From Pseudogymnoascus verrucosus (taxonomy: Eukaryota): DNA of 64,000 bases. Shown here piece by piece: positions 62,801-64,000 of this stretch. The position numbers were made by a program, and so were the translations under genes. Within the stretch, counting starts at the first letter, position 1. Each line of letters starts with the position of its first letter. The notes beneath the pieces were generated by a model. The model saw nothing but the letters and a program-made list of their open reading frames with translations, had not been told where the DNA came from and ran no database searches. Location of the stretch: assembly GCA_001662655.1 (NCBI GenBank), contig KV460206.1. One strand, given 5' to 3'.

Positions 62801-64000
62801 CAGAGTACAAGATTGAAGACAATGCTGTTGACAGTCTTATACGGCATGTCTATCAACATCGACGCGAATGCCTCCGCAGAGGGATGATAAAAGGCGTATC
62901 GAGCATGCTTCTCGACAATAGGTCGTTGTGCGTAGAGAGTCAGGATTTCTAGAGCCGAGCTAAAGGCATTCATAAGAATAGCGAAGAAGATTAAAGCAGA
63001 ACGTTGGAAGAAACTGCCCGTAGTAAGTTGCAAGTTAAAGAAGATTGAGGTTATGATTAAGCCCATGATAATATTAGCAATGAGCTGACCGACTGTAATG
63101 GACGGGTCACCGATAAGTCGTCGATATGCACGCCAAAGGCACAGCCGCACCTGCCCAAAATAGGACAATGTGAATGGAGACTTGGCACGTTGAGACTTCG
63201 CCTGCTGAGCTCGTTTGTGAGCGCGGAAGGCTTCGGCGTCAGGGCCATTGATGGAATGAGCGATCTTGTACTCCTCAATTTCTGCCTGTACAGCGTTGTG
63301 CGCGGCGCTGTTCTTCCACGCCGTTGCAAACTCATCTGGGGTTCGAGGCACCCTGTTCTCGAAACCAGCTCTGACGCTGCGTTCCAGAGGGCTGGTCATG
63401 GATGTCAAGAAGTCCGGGGTTGTCTGGCGGGCAAGACACTCGAACCCCAAATCGATGAAATACTGCCTGGCAGAATCGGCACGGCCGAAAAAGATTTGGC
63501 GACCCTCGTAAAGAACAAGAGCTTTGTCGAAGAGGTCGTATGCACTCTGAGGAGCTTGGTAGATTGAGACGACGCAGGTGGTCTGGAAAAGATCCGCCTG
63601 AAGCTTCAGCGTCTTGCAGAATTCAATAGCATTAGCACTATCCAAACCTCGAGTAGAGTTATCCCAACATTGAAAAGGTGCACCAGAAAGGGCAGCCTCG
63701 GAAATGGTGACACGTTTTCTTTCGCCACCAGAGACACCACGAACGTACTCATTTCCTACTCTGGTATTCCGCGTGTGGCTGATACCAAACATTGCCATTA
63801 CAACATCCCTCAAGTGGTCCGAGAACATAGCGTGAGATACATTCTGTGGCAGACTCCGTGGGGCTCGGGCACGAGATGCGAAGGTAAGCGTTTCACCCAC
63901 AGTAAGCATGGGAAAGTGTACATCCACTTCAGCAGTGTAGATGGCCTCACCACGATGCGCAGTGTGGATCTCCGTGGCGGTCAAACCCTGGTAGTTGAAA
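59862..64000 (-). CDS. PDR-type (ABCG) multidrug ABC transporter, 5' part outside window
   Basis: NBD1 has [15 protein letters not shown] and [15 protein letters not shown]2 has [38 protein letters not shown] and [12 protein letters not shown]. Both TMDs are present, with several introns. Confidence 0.95.

Overview
Intron-rich filamentous ascomycete DNA. A Leotiomycete (Pseudogymnoascus-like) origin is an inference from composition only. The first ~13.4 kb is GC-rich core genome: a DUF3405-like protein, a U2 snRNP SURP/CID protein, a GH15-CBM20 glucoamylase and TBP. From ~13.4 kb the window becomes an accessory, RIP-scarred mosaic. It holds a full-length hAT transposon (11-bp TIRs, 8-bp TSD) and three consecutive secreted WSC-domain genes (DUF1996-WSC, WSC-GH128, GH55-WSC) that look like a beta-1,3-glucan module. 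It also holds a pogo relic with a nested solo LTR, a perfect 79-bp palindrome, an intronless LAC12/cellodextrin-type sugar porter, several pseudogenes, a Zn2Cys6 factor and membrane proteins. The best candidate for an undescribed system is at 49.75-59.04 kb: a secreted GH162 endo-beta-1,2-glucanase, a Zn2Cys6 regulator, an intracellular GH1 beta-glucosidase and an oligosaccharide-type sugar porter. These form two divergent pairs whose promoters share the 11-mer TATTTCCCCGA, i.e. a putative fungal beta-1,2-glucan/sophorooligosaccharide utilisation cluster. A partial PDR ABC transporter ends the window. All exon models were assembled by eye and family calls come from motif recognition, not database searches.
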